Below are positions 48,078-63,000 of a stretch of DNA of 64,000 bases, in pieces. How positions within the stretch are numbered: position 1 is the stretch's first letter; each line of letters begins with the position of its first letter. A program made the translations under genes and the position numbers. The stretch is from Nemertoderma westbladi (taxonomy: Eukaryota > Animalia > Xenacoelomorpha). The notes under the pieces are model-generated. The model had not been told where the DNA came from. It was given only the letters and a program-made list of their open reading frames with translations, and made no database searches. The stretch covers positions 1 to 64,000 of the forward strand of contig JAUCBJ010008826.1 of NCBI GenBank assembly GCA_032718475.1. Direction: 5' to 3'.

Positions 48078-49074
48078 TATATGGGGCCTAATATTGATGG
48101 TAGAGAAACAAATTAGTTTGATTAGGGCATTTCCTATCGGTTGTTCGTGTGTAGTGATTGGATATCGTACTTGGCGCGGTTCTGTGTTACCGTATGAAGT
48201 ATAGCTCTATAGTGAGACAGGGGGAAAACTGGACGCGAATCCCATCTTGGCGAATTAATATTCCGCTTCAATGTTGAATTCTCAATTTTGGGAAAGGAGC
48301 AGGTTACAGTGGCACGTTATTTTAACCAAAACTATAAACTAAACACAATAGAAGGATGAATTTTTACTACGTTTACGTTTACTACGTTTATTATAGTATT
48401 AATAACGAACCTGTCTTTGGACTGAGTAGTTCTTGTCGAGAGTTGAGCCGTTCAAAAACACGGGGTGGTGGGGTGTGAGGGGGTGTTTGTAAAACCTCTA
48501 CAGGTCTAACTACACAGCAGCTTTTTAGGCTAAAGTGCTAACTTTTTAAAGTGCTAACTTAAAGTGCTAACCAAACCTGTCAAATGAATTTTAAAGCCAT
48601 GATTGGTCCAAATTTGCTTTCAGTTTGGCTGTTAGCACTTTAAAGTTTTAGCAAACTCGGACATGTGTATGTGTAAATTGCGATGCGCCCCCTAGCGTCT
48701 CATGTGTGCATTACTATATTGGCTGAATCCTCTGTAGTGCTAACTTTGTGTGTAAATGTTAGCAGTATAACATTTTGATAGTAAAGTTAATATAGTGCTA
48801 ACTGCGCTGTGTAAATGTTAGTAGTATAATATTTTAAAAGTAAATTGAATATACTGAAGTGCTAACCTAGTATGAAAATGATGGCAGTCATAATGAACTA
48901 ATTGATTGCTTTTTATAAGACGTTATTATTTCGTCGAGTTAGCACTTTATAATTTCTGCCATGGCAAAATATTTATCACAAACACACTTTCCAATGTTTT
49001 GCAAATCAGACAACATAAAGTAAGGCAATGCTTTTTTTATTAACAATAAAATGTCTGGAGTTAGGACGGTGTTC

Positions 49075-49172
49075 GGACACTTCCCCCCCGTTCAAGTAGG
49101 ACACTTCCCCCCCGGACACTTCCCCCCGGACACTTCCCCCCCAGACACTTCCCCCCGGACACTTCCCCCCCG
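49075..49172. repeat. GGACACTTCCCCCC minisatellite
   Basis: About 6 tandem copies. Confidence 0.85.
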
Positions 49173-49909
49173 ACTGTTCTTAACTTTGCACATTCGTATT
49201 TTTCATTTTGTAAGGTAAACGGACCGCTTGTATCCAGATAAGTTGTATCCAATTTTCTTTTCGTAGCTCAGAAAGTGATCTTTTGCATCCCGATTTTACA
49301 TTTTATATCCAAGTTTTATTTATGGGTTTTATCAATGCAATTACATCGTATTGTTGGCTAATCTTTAAACAATTAATTAGATGACCTATAAATTCCATCC
49401 CCCGAATGATATACTGTTTTTATTAACTATAGAATTATAATAATTAATTGTTTTAATTATAAGTATTATTATCCCATATTAGTTAGCTTATTATTATCTT
49501 CCCACATTCCCATCTTCCCACATTCCCATCTTCCGACATTCCCACCTTCCCAACCACCTTCCCATCTCCCCACCTTCCCACCCTCCCACCTTCCTACCAT
49601 CCCAGCTTCCCTCCGACCGACCGACCAACCCACCGTCCGACCAAGCCACCCACCCACCTACCCACCCCTTTAAACAAATGTTGACCCATTTTATTTCGAC
49701 TTTCCTGGGCACTCTGGGAAAGTTCACACGGGCCGGGGTTTGGGGGTGGCAGCCCCCAACAAAAGAAACGGGGGTTTGGGGGCGGTAGCCCCCAATTAAA
49801 AGAAAAACAAATAAAATTTGAATATAAAAATATTTCTTTTATAATTTTGAAAAAACTTCTCTAGATACAACTTGTCCTGTAACCATCTTTAACTTTTGTT
49901 TATTGCTTT

Positions 49910-51062
49910 TGTTCGCGCTTTTAGACCTTTAGCAGTTTAACCTGCCAAATTTAGGTGTCTTTTAGGTTATAAATCGACTTTAGCCTATGACGAGTATTTG
50001 ATACACTACATTAGCCGAAGCCAGTCTATGCGCGACCATTCACCCGCTGGATATACCCGGGAGACTGGATTCGGAAGCTCTGACCTTATTGCGGTGTAGG
50101 CCTACTGTATTATTCGACTGATCGTTAATATATAATCTCTGACAAATATTATTCACTTTCGGGAAATATCAACAGTTCCTTTGGGACGTGGCGCTCTAAG
50201 TATGTAAACAGAGTTATGACTTACACTAAACACAACGGGATGGCTAATGATTCACGTATAAAGCGCATTCTTTAGGAGATGCTTTGTTATCTGTCACAGT
50301 CATGCACACTACCGCACAATGCTGCACACCGATCTGCCGACCTTGACTAATTTTAGTCACATATAAAGAGAACAGCAACTGACACATGTAGTGCCTATGA
50401 AATAGCATTAGATTCATTCAAAACCAATATAATGTAAGTCGCAATTGCTATATGTAACCGGTCTCTTACCTTCAGTATATCAAGAAGATTGGGGTTTTAT
50501 GATTATTTATCGATATTATCCAAATATAATAATATTCCATCAACTGATACAATTAATAACCGACAGTAAATAGCAGTAAATAATGCGGTGTTTGTAGGTG
50601 ACAATATGATTTGAGCATGTACTGGTTTGATATGGTTTGATTTGCAGTGTGATAGGATAACAGTTATACGTTTCTATGATCAAAGCCTACTAATGTTTGG
50701 CTAAAGCCTGAAACACAGAATAATTCTAAAGCCGGTCTTCTGGCATCAGGAAAAAAGGTAAACATAAACCGTAATGCATTGCGCGATTTCCCGGAGGTTT
50801 CTGTACAAAGAACATGAGAATCGCTCTGATTGGTTGACCGAACAAAGAAACAAAGGAAAAGTTACACGTGTACATATCAGCTGATAGATGTCGTCATAGT
50901 AACTACACTGTATCAAGAGGATTTTGGCTTATTGCGACATAAAATCGCTAGTTATGTCCGCTAAATTACACATACAGAAGAAATGGCTTTTTATGTCCGT
51001 TAAAACACCTACAGAGTACTTTGCGGGGAAAATAACCAGCTAATTCCGCAAAAGCCTTTACA
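49910..51062 (-). repeat. 3' LTR of copy 3
   Basis: Reverse complement of TGTAAAGGC...GCGCGAACA, adjacent to CCGCTCCCAGAAAATGGG. Confidence 0.95.
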
Positions 51063-51140
51063 CCGCTCCCAGAAAATGGGATTTAATTCTATAAAATATA
51101 AAAAATCACAGTTTCTAAAATATAAAAATACTCTAAACAG

Positions 51141-54100
51141 TTAGTCTTTCTTGCGCGGACGGCGTTGACGCAGTTTTTTGAGGCTAGCAAGAGTCCTTTT
51201 CTCTTTGGGGCGAGCCACTTTACTAGGAGGGCTATAACTCCTGGGTGAAGGGTGCAATACAATTGCATCAGAAGGTTTAGGATTACGGTCGGTGTATCCG
51301 CCGGTCGAGGTACCTGGTTGATCGATATCAACTTCAGAGGAGCGAGGTCTAACGGCCTTTAGGGCGTGTCTTAGGACAGCAGCTCCTACTGGTCCCTGAC
51401 GAGTCATCTGGACGATAGTGGTAGGTGGACCGTGAGTGGTGAGAAACTTCCTCGGTTTAATGGTTCTTTCCAGCTCGCGTTCTCAGGCTCGATATTCGTA
51501 GGGCCATCGATGTACTTCCTGTAACTCAGGGTGCAAGTTGATAAATAAATCGCCATACTCAGGGTCTTGACGGATGAAATTGATCAAATGGTATGAATTA
51601 ATATCGTTAGGATTGACGTTCCTGAGATATTTTCGAACAAATTTGGTGGAAATACACTCACCAACACACTTCATTAGTTCGTAACTCGGTGTGCGTGTTT
51701 TTTGTTCAACAGACGCGAATAGATAAGGATGGAACGCGTAAACTCCTTCGTAGGCGCGTCCAGGGTAATAGCGATGGCGGGACTCACAATGTAAATCCGC
51801 ATTCGCTTCCCAAGCTCGGATGTAGCGCAGGGTAATCATCTCATCTACGCTTTCCAGATCGCGGTTAAAAGGGCAATCATAACTGGCATGTCCTTTAAGT
51901 TGACAGTGGTGGCATTGAGTCATAAATTGGGGGCAGACTGCGAAAATGTGCGAGTTATTGAGTCTGCAATACGCACAATAGATCTCCATCATCGGTTGTT
52001 CATGGAAATAGGAGCAGGGTACGTCTGAGTCCATAGGGGTGAAATGATCTCTCTATGCGCATAATCGGCAACGTTTTCGAGAAACATAGTTGGCGTGCCG
52101 ATAATCATATGCGGTGAGACATTGTGGACCTTGATACCATTCCAAGACGTAGTCGTTATCGCTGCTCCGGGGCGCTGTAGGCTGAATCTCCTCAGATTCT
52201 AAGCATATTGGTTCGTCTTCCAATTGCATAGCTGAGGTAGGTGCGGCTGTCTCCGCAAGCGAACCCACTGTCTGAACTTCCACGACGGAATAACCCGTGG
52301 GTATTCGAGGTCTTTGTATAACAGATGAATGTAAGTTCTGTATACAAACGTCCTTGAAAAGGGCGAATCCTGCGCTGTCTAACTTCTCTGCAGCTGAGTC
52401 TCTTAGGCTGAGTTTGGTCAGAGCGCGGTCCTTGAACTGACTATCAACGTTACGGAACGGAGTCAGAAAGCGCCTGAAACATTCGAAGCGGATGAATTTA
52501 TTGTGTTCATCTAGCTTGGCGATTTTGGTTCCAAGTATTAAGGGATGGGCGCGTATGGTACGACTGCACACATCGGCTAGCCAACCAGCAAGTGCGGCAT
52601 TTTCAAAGATCATGTATATAGCTAAGGAGGGACGAAGTGGAACGCTCATAAAGCTATACACGGCGCCAGGTGCGGTCAATGGTCTGTCAAAGTATAATCG
52701 AGAATAATGATCTCCATATACTTGTTGGTAGTTGATAGGATTTCCAACCTTGAAATTCCATCCGTATTCTTGAAAGGCAAGATGTCCGATGGAGGTTCGT
52801 TGTACTTTAGTAATGCCGCTGGGTGTATTTGCATACATAGTGCAGAAGAAACCTCAGCCTTCTGCCCAGGGAGCAATCAGCTGAGTATCGACGAAAGGGT
52901 ATGGAATGTTCTCCATGTTCCGAAAGTCGTTTTGGAGATCTCTGTAAACAGCTGAGCCGATTTTAAGGATTCTTTCTTTAAACAACATCTCGAGCACGGG
53001 CTGGGGTAACATCGATCCATCGATACCCATGGCCGATTTGCGCTCGGTGTCGGTGACGTAACGCTGCGCGATTTCGAATTGTCCATGTCGGAGTTTCTTT
53101 TGTATCTCGGTAAGGGTCTCAAAAGAATAATCAATCACATCGGAACACGCTCGAGTAAATACGTGGGTAGAACCAGGTAGTCCTCGTATATGTATCATGC
53201 GCGTAGTTCCCAGTTCTCCAACCGGAACGCTACCTTCGTTATCGTAAGTGACAACTCCATACATCTCGATAACGTTAAGAGTCTCATTCCACTCTTTAGA
53301 GGCGTTTTCTAGAGTCATTCCCACTGGATGCCACAAGGTAGTGCATTCGCTAGCATTAGGTAGATCTCTATACTTTAAATATTGTGTAGTATATGTTTCT
53401 ACATCTCCATATCGTTGTATTCTTTCCTCCTCGGATAACACGTCGAGATTCCAGTGTACTAATCGAGTTTTGATGAATCCATCAAGATTATACGGAGGTA
53501 TTGTCTCTTTCTCTATTCTGGAAACATTATAGGGTTTTCGAAATGAGTTTACTTTGACTAACTGATCCAGATGTTTCTGCAGTTGTTCGACTTCGACAAG
53601 ATCGAGAGGATTTATTAGTGGTAGAAACCTCAGACTATGTGTAGGATCTTCCGGTTTTACCATGTAATATTGCATTAGATTGACATAATAAGGGTGATCT
53701 TTGATCCCATAAAACGAGTTCAGTAAAGGTCTAGCGCGTATGTTAACCTCGTGTACCATACGACGGACAAGATCCGCTCTATTGTCCGGAGGTTCAACGA
53801 GTATACCATCGACACGAGCGGCCTCGATTGGCGGACGTTGCAACATGGGAGCGTCAGTGATAAGATCTCGAGATCTTAGGTTGATATCAACCGGTTGAGG
53901 CTGTGCCGTGGCGAAGAGTTTGTCTCTGAAATGGGGAACCATCGAAGGATGGATGATGGTTTTAGAATAGAGATCCGTCATAAGGATTTGAGCTTCTGGC
54001 TGGGCTAAAGCTGCTTCTTCTCTCTCATCCATTTCTATGTGTTTCTCCTCGAGCTGATTTTCCTCAGCTTGTTGTTGTAAACGCTCGTCTAGGAACTCTT

Positions 54101-55394
54101 GTAGAGAGTAGGTTCGTCCACGTTCGATGTCTTCCTCGAGATTCTGGATTTCTCTATCGAACTGAGGTAAAGCTAATTCTTTCACCGCTTGGACTTGTTG
54201 CTGCAATTTGCGTTTCTCTAAACAATCGTAAGTTCCTTTTCCGATCTTCTGCCGAATAGCGTCTAACGCGTTTCGTACAACGCTCTCTTCGACTTCGGAA
54301 ACGGGTTGTATCGGGGTTAAGCCTGGACGGTTGTACGGGTTAAACGGCGATATTAGATGACCGCGTCCTAATCCGGCTAGGTAGGGTTGGCGAATATCTA
54401 GAGAGCCCACTACCGGAGTGCCACCGATTAATTGTTCGGGTAACACAAGATCTTTAAATAGTGAGTACAGTTCAGGGGGATCCGTTATACTATTAGGATC
54501 AAGCGTTTGAGGTCTCACTGAGGAATGAGGAGGTCTGACCGAGTATTCCGGAACTCTGATCATCGGTTTATTTAAGGATTGTTTGAGTCGAGCGAGCGTA
54601 GGTGATACGTCGAACAGGTTTCGCTCGAAACTCCCATAAGTATATCGTGTAAAACTGTGTTTAGCGCAACGTCTCCGCGGATGTTTATGTCTTTCCGTTT
54701 GCTGATTGGGTCTAGGGCATTCATCACAGTAATACCAAAGACGCACGTCCTGCAGGGGAAACGCGGGTGATCGTTCTCCAGTTTTACAATATTCCTCCAT
54801 CTGCTCGAAGCTATCTGGGACGACAGGTAGCGGTCGATCGGCGGTAAGATACATCATAGTAAAATAGAGTCGTTTGAGTTCTATCATAGGGTCATGATGT
54901 ATACCTTGAGGATATCGAGTTTCTAGATTTTGTTGACTGGCAATATTGAGATATGTTTCTCTCAGGAATTCCAGATAATCGTTGAAGTCGCTGCGTTTAT
55001 CCGGCTCTTCAACGTCTTCCCTTTCGAGTCTGTTTCGAATAGAATTCTCGTGTTCTATTCTCGGTTTATCGTTCCGACTCCGCTGGGTATGATATTTAAA
55101 TAAAACCATTTCCCTTTCGGTGTCTACATCGTCCGTATCGTGTAAATCGATAGGATGGCCAGTAGTTAAGAAGTCCATATACGTACCATTACGATGCGTA
55201 TAGCGAGCGGTGAATTTTCTATAGTCCAATTCACACGTAAGTTGCTCCTGGGACATTGGCGGTTCGATATAACGACCATCATCCTCTGTAGTAGTTGGAC
55301 CAGCGTCGCCGCGTATCAAGCTATCAACAAACGCTTGTAAAGGTAGAGTATATCGCTCCCTGATACCAAGATCATCTTCTATCAACTCAGTCAT
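51141..55394 (-). pseudogene. Full-span extra ORF (~1400 aa): N-terminal Cys/His motif, coiled coil, DEDDy-like exonuclease domain, CCHC knuckles, basic tail
   Basis: Collinear pieces 52854-55394, 52053-52838, 51483-52034 and 51141-51407 are separated by point stops. The 3' half matches the open ORF 164-2425. Confidence 0.85.
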
Positions 55395-57032
55395 ATCTGC
55401 TATATGAGTTTATCGATATTATAATGAGTTTATATTTAGGCTAGCGGGCGTCGCTGCCTACCCCTCTCTGCCCCCGGACAGTGCAAGATCCTCAGCGCCG
55501 ATGTACCGTCGTCGCTGTGTTTTTCGCCAATGTAGTAGCTACACAACGACAACGATAACCGGCACAAGTCACTCCACTGTCCGTCCCAAAGGCTTAGATT
55601 TACTTCAGGTTCTTGCTACAGAGTTAGGGCTACTTTCACAATTGCGACTCGCTACTGTAAACACACTTTAGTAGTAACATTCACCTATAAACGCACAAAT
55701 TCCACACAACTGTCACAAATTGTACACATCCGGGCCATTTGTCCGTTAGTCAGTGCCTTCCAGAATGCCACGTTATTATTATGTATCCTTGGATACTAGC
55801 AGTGTGCTATTTACTCGATATGCTATTCAATGGGGCAAGCTTTCTATTGTTCTTTTAACTCACTTCTAATTCTAGCGTGGTTGTTGCTATGGTGACATTA
55901 TGGAAAGCTAGCGGTAGAATTAGGGTAATTCTCATGCATACAGATCTGGGATGCTATTTAATAGTAATTCTTTAATTGTCGATATCCCCTTTATACATGA
56001 TTTTATGAATTTTATCGGCTATTGACTATATATTGGAGATTCTCGCACACTAATACACTTAATAGGGTGAATCTCCGCTCCCATGATCTATTAATTTATG
56101 GAATTTTGGGAATATTATAAATTGTATAAAAATAACAATTTATAAAATTCATTAAAAGATGAATTTAAATTTATTCCCGTAAATTTTATTATTTAATATT
56201 AAATAGACACAATTTTATTCCAGAACATGTCTGGGGACTAGGATCCTTGATTCTAGGAAATTGGTCTTTTTAAGAATATCGGTAAGTGCTACGATATCTT
56301 AATAGACTAGAATTTTAAAGGATCTAAAATTTGACAGATTTTATAAATATTAATAATTAATATTTAAGATGGGCACCGGTTTATTCCAGAACATGTCTGG
56401 GGACGTTAACCATTGATTCTAGAATTTTGTCTTTCAAGTATATCGGTGGGTGCCGCGATATCTTAATCGAATAGAATTACAGATGGTCAAAGGGTTTAAC
56501 AGATTTATTTTGCGTTTTACGCTACTGTTAAAGGGACATCACGCTACTATATGTATTATTTAATATACGGTATGAGAGCAATATCGTAAGAAGCAATGTC
56601 AGTGAGAAGAGGCAAGTCGTTTCCAAGGTCTACCCAGAGCTTGGTTTAGCCGAGACACGAGGATCTGAATTTTGCATTCCTAATACTCTACTTACCAATA
56701 ATACTTGAATATAGTAGGAGCTTTATTGTACTTTAATAAGTACGGATATTTCATCTTACTGTAGTCACGTATTTATAATGTAATACGAACAGTAAGGAAA
56801 GAGAAAAAGAATTATTTCTCGCCGTCGCACTAAATATATAATATATAAGTAATTAAGTAATAAACGCGAATATATATATGGCACTAATCTACTAAATAAT
56901 CGCTAAAATAACATTCTACTAAATAAAATTAAAGAAAACGATTATAATAAAATTACATAATAATACATACATAAATATAAAATAATGAAACAAATATAAA
57001 ATAGTATACTCATACACCCACTCCAGATGCTG

Positions 57033-60000
57033 TTATGTTGGGGAGTCCCTAGATGTTTGTTGGATTAGGGAGGTGGTCATGGGAAGAGTATCTTGCCTTC
57101 CATAGTTTCCGGAGAGTTCTCTGTCTCTTTCCAGTAAACATAAACGACCAACTGGGCGATTGAGCTGCTGTGTCTCGAAGACAATTCCCGGTTTCTTAAA
57201 GTTACGTCGCATGACGACGAGTTCTACCGATCGCACTAAACCATCATCCGAGATGTGAGTCTCGATGATACGACCTGTCTGCCACCGCTTACGTGGAAGA
57301 TCTGAATCCACAATAAGGACCATGTCTCCAGCGCTGACGTTTTCTTGCTGCTCAAACCACTTAGTTCGAAGTTGTAGATAATGTGTGTAATTTGCAGATA
57401 ATGTTTTTCGAAATGGTCAGCGAAACGACGGGATAACAACTGCATAAGTTGCCAAGTTTGCCGGCAGTATTCGTCTCCGTCTGTGATTTCCGATCGTGGG
57501 AGCATGGCTACAGGTTTCTTCAGTAGGAAGTGCGCGGGTGTTAGCGCTTCCAGGGAATCGGGACTCGATGAGACTGGCATAAGCGGTCTCTCGTTGAGAT
57601 AGGCGGCGATTTCCTCCATTAACGTCCGCAAAAGTTCGTCGGTGAGATACGCGCGGCACGGCACTATGAAGTGAAATGCGGTCTTCACGCTCCTGATTAA
57701 TCTCTCCCAACTTCCTCCCCACCAAGGGGCGTCGGCGGCGTTGAAGGTTCAGCTAGACGCTGTTACCCTTAGCTGATCGTCCACCTGTCTTTGGTTCCAA
57801 TCTTTGACGTAAGCCTTGATTTCATTGTTGGCACCAATGAAGTTCGTTCCCTTATCAGATCTCATCGTGTTACTAGTTCCAAAGCGAGCGATCTGTTGTC
57901 GTAAGCTCAATAGGAAGCTGTTGGTAGATAAATCGTTCACCATATCGAGATGGATAGCTCTACAAGTCATACAAACAAAGATGACACACCATCTCTTGAC
58001 TATAGTCCTAGCACGATATACTTCAATAGGGCCAAATAAATCTACACCGGTATTAGTAAAAGGTGGTTCATAGAAGCTTACTCGTTCCCTAGGTAATTCT
58101 GCCTCTCGCTGTGTTAAAGGCCTACTGAATGCTTTCCTACAGGGTATGCAGTTCCTAAGAACTTGGTTCAGAGCTCTACGGGGTTTATAAAAATAATAGC
58201 GAGTTCGAATTTCGCTAAGAACTCGTTCTCTACCAGCATGATAAAGATTGCTGTGAACATCTACAATCATCTTGATTTGTATTTCCAGATTTCTAATGAG
58301 TATGGGAAACTTAGTATCAAAGGATAATGGAGCATTAATTAATCTTCCTCCAACACGTATCAACCCATCTATCATTGTGCTAGAGAAACGATCCCTTAAG
58401 CGCATCTGTGGATTTCTCAACAACAGGAAGTACTTATCGGAATCCTCATAGCATTGCAGGAGTCTCAGCATCTGCTTATTGGTTTCTTCATGCTCCTGAT
58501 AACTGATCTTCTCCTTCAGAAACCTGTCGGATATCTTATATTTGGGAAGATCTTTAACAACATGAACCTGCACAGATGTCAGTGGAGCGGTATCACTAGT
58601 GGTCTTCGTCCTGGAGTAGTGATGATGAAAACATCGCTTTAAATATGTAATGGCTTTACAGAGCCGATTCCAGGAACTATAATGATGTATCGCTCTCTGC
58701 AGAAGAGGTGAGAGTCCTTGCGAGACGTCTGGTATTCCAGATTTCCAATCCCTCTCTCTGATTTCCACAACAGACTTATTTGTAGCTGTGGGTTTTGGAT
58801 CCAAAGCGTCGTCTCCGGAAGTGTGTAGTACAGACAGATCTACCACGGGTTTAAATAACTTCGATTTACTCGCCCGAGTTTTAGGTTTGACTTTCCCCGC
58901 TCCCTTGGCCTGTCTAATCTCCGCCGTAGTAAGATGAGGAGGCCATTCATCCACTTCTTTGCTTAGGAAGTCGGGTCCACCTAACCAGTATGGAGTATCT
59001 ATCAGTTCTTGTGGAGTTGCTCCCCTGGATGCGATGTCTGCTGGATTAATCGTTCCGGGGCAATGTCTCCATTGATCCATCTTCGTGCGACTAAGTATAA
59101 TGGCTACTCTGTTGGTAACGAAGACGCTGAACTGACAGACTTCATTGGTTATATACTCCAACACGAGTAAAGCATCGGTCCAATAGACAGTTTTCTCCAG
59201 TGGATATTCGATCTGTTCTGTTACATTCCGGCCGATGGCTGTAGCGTATAGAGCCGCTTTTAACTCCGCTCGAGGAACTTTCAACTTGTTGTTTATCAAT
59301 GCCTTAGAGGTAACCAAGGCGACTTTGATTCCATCTGGAGTTTCCACTCTCAGGTAGGCTACTATACCTATTCACATGTCGCTGGCGTCTCCAAACACAT
59401 GGAGTTGATAGGAATACGTAGGGAGAACATGACCAAAATATGAACGGGAAATTATAAAGTTCTCGATGGCTGGTAGAGAATCTTCCCATTTCATCCACTT
59501 CTTTAATAGTTCTCCCTTAAGTGGATCGTCCCATGAGTGGTTTTCAAGCCACATTTGTTGTACTAAACTCCGAGCAATCAATATAACTGGGCTAATAAAT
59601 CCCAATGGATCGAAATAAGTGCTCAGGATACTTAAACAAATCCGTTTAGTCCGAACTGGATTATCTCGCTGTTTGAGCTGGAAAAACAGGATATCTCTCT
59701 CTGTGTCCCATTTCAAACCAAGTGTTTTGGTTTCTGGAAGATCGTCTTTGATTAGGTCTAGATCTTTCGCTCCTCGATCTTCTACCGGAATCGATTCCAG
59801 AAACTCACGGGAGTTGCTGGTGAATTTAGTTAATCGAAATCCACCTCTTTTTAAGCACTCTACCGTTCCTTTGGCGACATCAATGGCTTCTTCCACCGAT
59901 GGAAGGGACTTTAAATTGTCGTCCATGTATATATCCCGTTTGATGTTGTCGATCACCTCTTTAGAGAAGGCGTCCCGGTTGTCATCAGCAGTGGTGCGCA

Positions 60001-63000
60001 CCACTGAGCAGGCGTTTGAAGGGCTTGAGATGATCCCAAAAGCCTGGATGGTCATCCAATACTCCACCGGTTTCTGGTTGAGGTCTCCTTCAGGCCACCA
60101 CAGAAATCGTAGGCTGTCTCGATCCCTATCCAGCGCCTTGACTTGTAAGAACATGCCTTCTATATCGGAGGCAGAAACGATTTAATATTGTCGTAATCTT
60201 AAGAATATTCCCAACAAGGATTGGAGTAAGTTGGGTCCTGATAACAACTCGGAATTAAGGGATTGGCCCATGTAGAGGGCGGAGCCGTCAAATACTACCC
60301 GTACTTCATGGGGTTTACCGGGTTTGGGAACGTAATGATGTGTTAGATAGTACGTTCTCTCAGTTATGGTGTTTCTTCCGGTACTCGCTCCGCATATCCC
60401 TTGTTAATAAATTTCTTCAACTGAGTCTGGTACATTTCTTTAGCTGAAGCATTTGCCGTAAGGCATCGATGTAGTTGAGCAATTCTTTTCTCCGCCAAGG
60501 GTCGGTTGTTTATGAATTTTGGTTCTTGCTTTCGGAATGGTAGACCGATTTCATATCTACCTTGATCTTTAAGAAAACGTGTAGTTGTCTCCTGGATCTG
60601 CTTGGCTCTTTCTTCTTCTACCAATAGGGCCTTATCGTAGGAATTGGGCTCTACAGCCTCTTGAGTAAAGAATCGCACGGTGTGTTCATCCCGAGTCTTC
60701 ACGTTATAGCGCTCTATTACGTCATTCAGTTCGTCGTTATAGTCGACTTGTCCTGATGGACGAATGTGTTGACATAGGTTCACTTGGTTTTGCCAAGTCT
60801 CGTTTTCCGTAAGGAGGTTGATGGTATTCTCCTCGTCGAAGAGTTGGTGGATATCGTCATTATCTGAGGAGTATGGTGTTCCCTCAGTTGGGTCGTCTAC
60901 CTCACTGATCTCCGCTTCCCATTCACTTACTTGGTATACCCGTTCTTTTGGTAACCTTTCCATGAGAGTTCTACGGGAAGGGCCAGTAAATTACCAACCT
61001 ACTCTAGTTCTTCCCGCATAGGCTTGTAGTGGTTGCGGTTGAGCAGGCCGTTTCTCCAATGTCTCAAGCGCCTCATGCGCATTTTGGCCGATGAGTATTT
61101 GCACTCCAGGGTAATATGTGTTGAATCTAGGTATATTAAGCTGCTGGGTGAAATCGTCCTCATCCCAGTTATAAGGTTCTACTTCGCTGGTAGCGAAGTT
61201 CTTTATCGCCACCATTTTTACTGACCTTATACTGTGTTCTCCTAGTTCATCCTGGGGGGTGGACAACACACCTACATAATAATCCGCTATTACTGTAGAT
61301 TTCCAAACCTGCATAATTCCTGACATGTTTAACTTAGTTCGGAACTTGGGTTGTCCAGCAAAGATGTCTTCGGCAGTTCTTTGTCGATGAATGTCCCTGT
61401 GCTACCGGAGTCAAGTAGGGCGTTCACTATATAACTCCTTTCAGGTCCGTGGACCCTCAACTGCACTACGGGAAATTCTCGGATTCCTACATTGGAAGTT
61501 GGCGCATCTAGGTATATTAAGCTGCTGGGTGAAGTCGTCCTCATCCCAGTTATAAGGTTCTACTTCGCTGGTAGCGAAGTTCTTTATCGCCACCATTTTT
61601 ACTGACCTTATACTGTGTTCTCCTAGTTCATCCTGGGGGGTGGACAACACACCTACATAATAATCCGCTATTACTGTAGATTTCCAAACCTGCATAATTC
61701 CTGACATGTTTAACTTAGTTCGGAACTTGGGTTGTCCAGCAAAGATGTCTTCGGCTAGTTCTTTGTCGATGAATGTCCCTGTGCTACCGGAGTCAAGTAG
61801 GGCGTTCACTATATAACTCCTTTCAGGTCCGTGGACCCTCAACTGCACTACGGGAAATTCTCGGATTCCTACATTGGAAGTTGGTGCTTTCCAAGATGGT
61901 TGTCGGTCAGAAGTAGTTAGGGGGGGCTCGCTGTCGGTGTCCTTTTCGTACGTAAGTGCTTGATACACTGCGGTATTTATCAGGTAACAGGATTCGTTTT
62001 CGTCGGAGAATTCGTCCGTATAGAATCCTTCCATCTCAGAACTTTGGTCAGTGTCGTTCACATCACTGAATTGGACATGTAGTTCGGACTCACTTACCTG
62101 ACTCGGGCTGTTTCGTTCGAATTCAGTGTGCAACAAGATATGATGTTTTGCGCCGCACTTTGCACACCTTGCGTCGGAGTAACAGGTTCGCCGTTGGTGT
62201 CCTTGTCTGAGGCAATTATAACACAACCGCTTATCCCACATGACTTCCCGTCTATCCTTTAATGATTTCGTTAGGAATTCATCACACACATTCAAACGGT
62301 GGGGCCCGTCACACAGCGCACATTTCGATTTGATGTTACTTACCTTATTTTGAGTGACGTTGTGCACACTCGTTCTTTCTTCGGGCTTTCTTACATGAAT
62401 TCTCTTAGGAGACGTAGGAGGAGTTTTTCTTACCTGTTCTCTCCTGTCATTGGTTCGAGACTTGAATTTACTTACGTCTTTAGGCGTTTTGTTGACATAA
62501 TAAGATCTTTCAGTGTCTTTCCCGCTGTCCTCTTCTTGAGAAGCCTGGCTTTCACCGTCGTCGGTATAACACACTGGTGTTACCTTTCTCCTAGAAACGG
62601 GTTTCTCACTTACCTTATTTTCCGGTGTCTTCTCTCTGGACTGCTTTAGGAGCTGTAATTTTACTTCTCCATCTAAGAATGACATGAGATCAGCCATGGT
62701 AGGGTCTCGTCGTTGTTGTTCCATCATATATAACACTTTCTTATCCCAGTGAGTACCTACTCCACCCTTCGGTAAAGTAGAGGCCACGGCTCCAATAACC
62801 ATAGAACTCTGATATTCATGAGACTTACCTAGCCAATCTAATTGTCTACAGATCTCCTGAATCTCATCAGAAAACTCTATAATCCCGCTGCTAATGAACT
62901 TTCGGGGGGCTACCAATTTTGCATAGAAATACCTAGCTATGTTATTCCTATTACCATACCTGATGTTTAGTGTATCCCAAACTTGTCTTAATCCATCTGG

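Noticed and set aside
49469-49727. Gly/Trp-rich ORFs
   Set aside because: Derived from low-complexity CCCACCTT-type repeats.
51141-55394. Extra ORF as an envelope gene
   Set aside because: No signal peptide or TM segment is visible; it has zinc knuckles and a basic tail instead.
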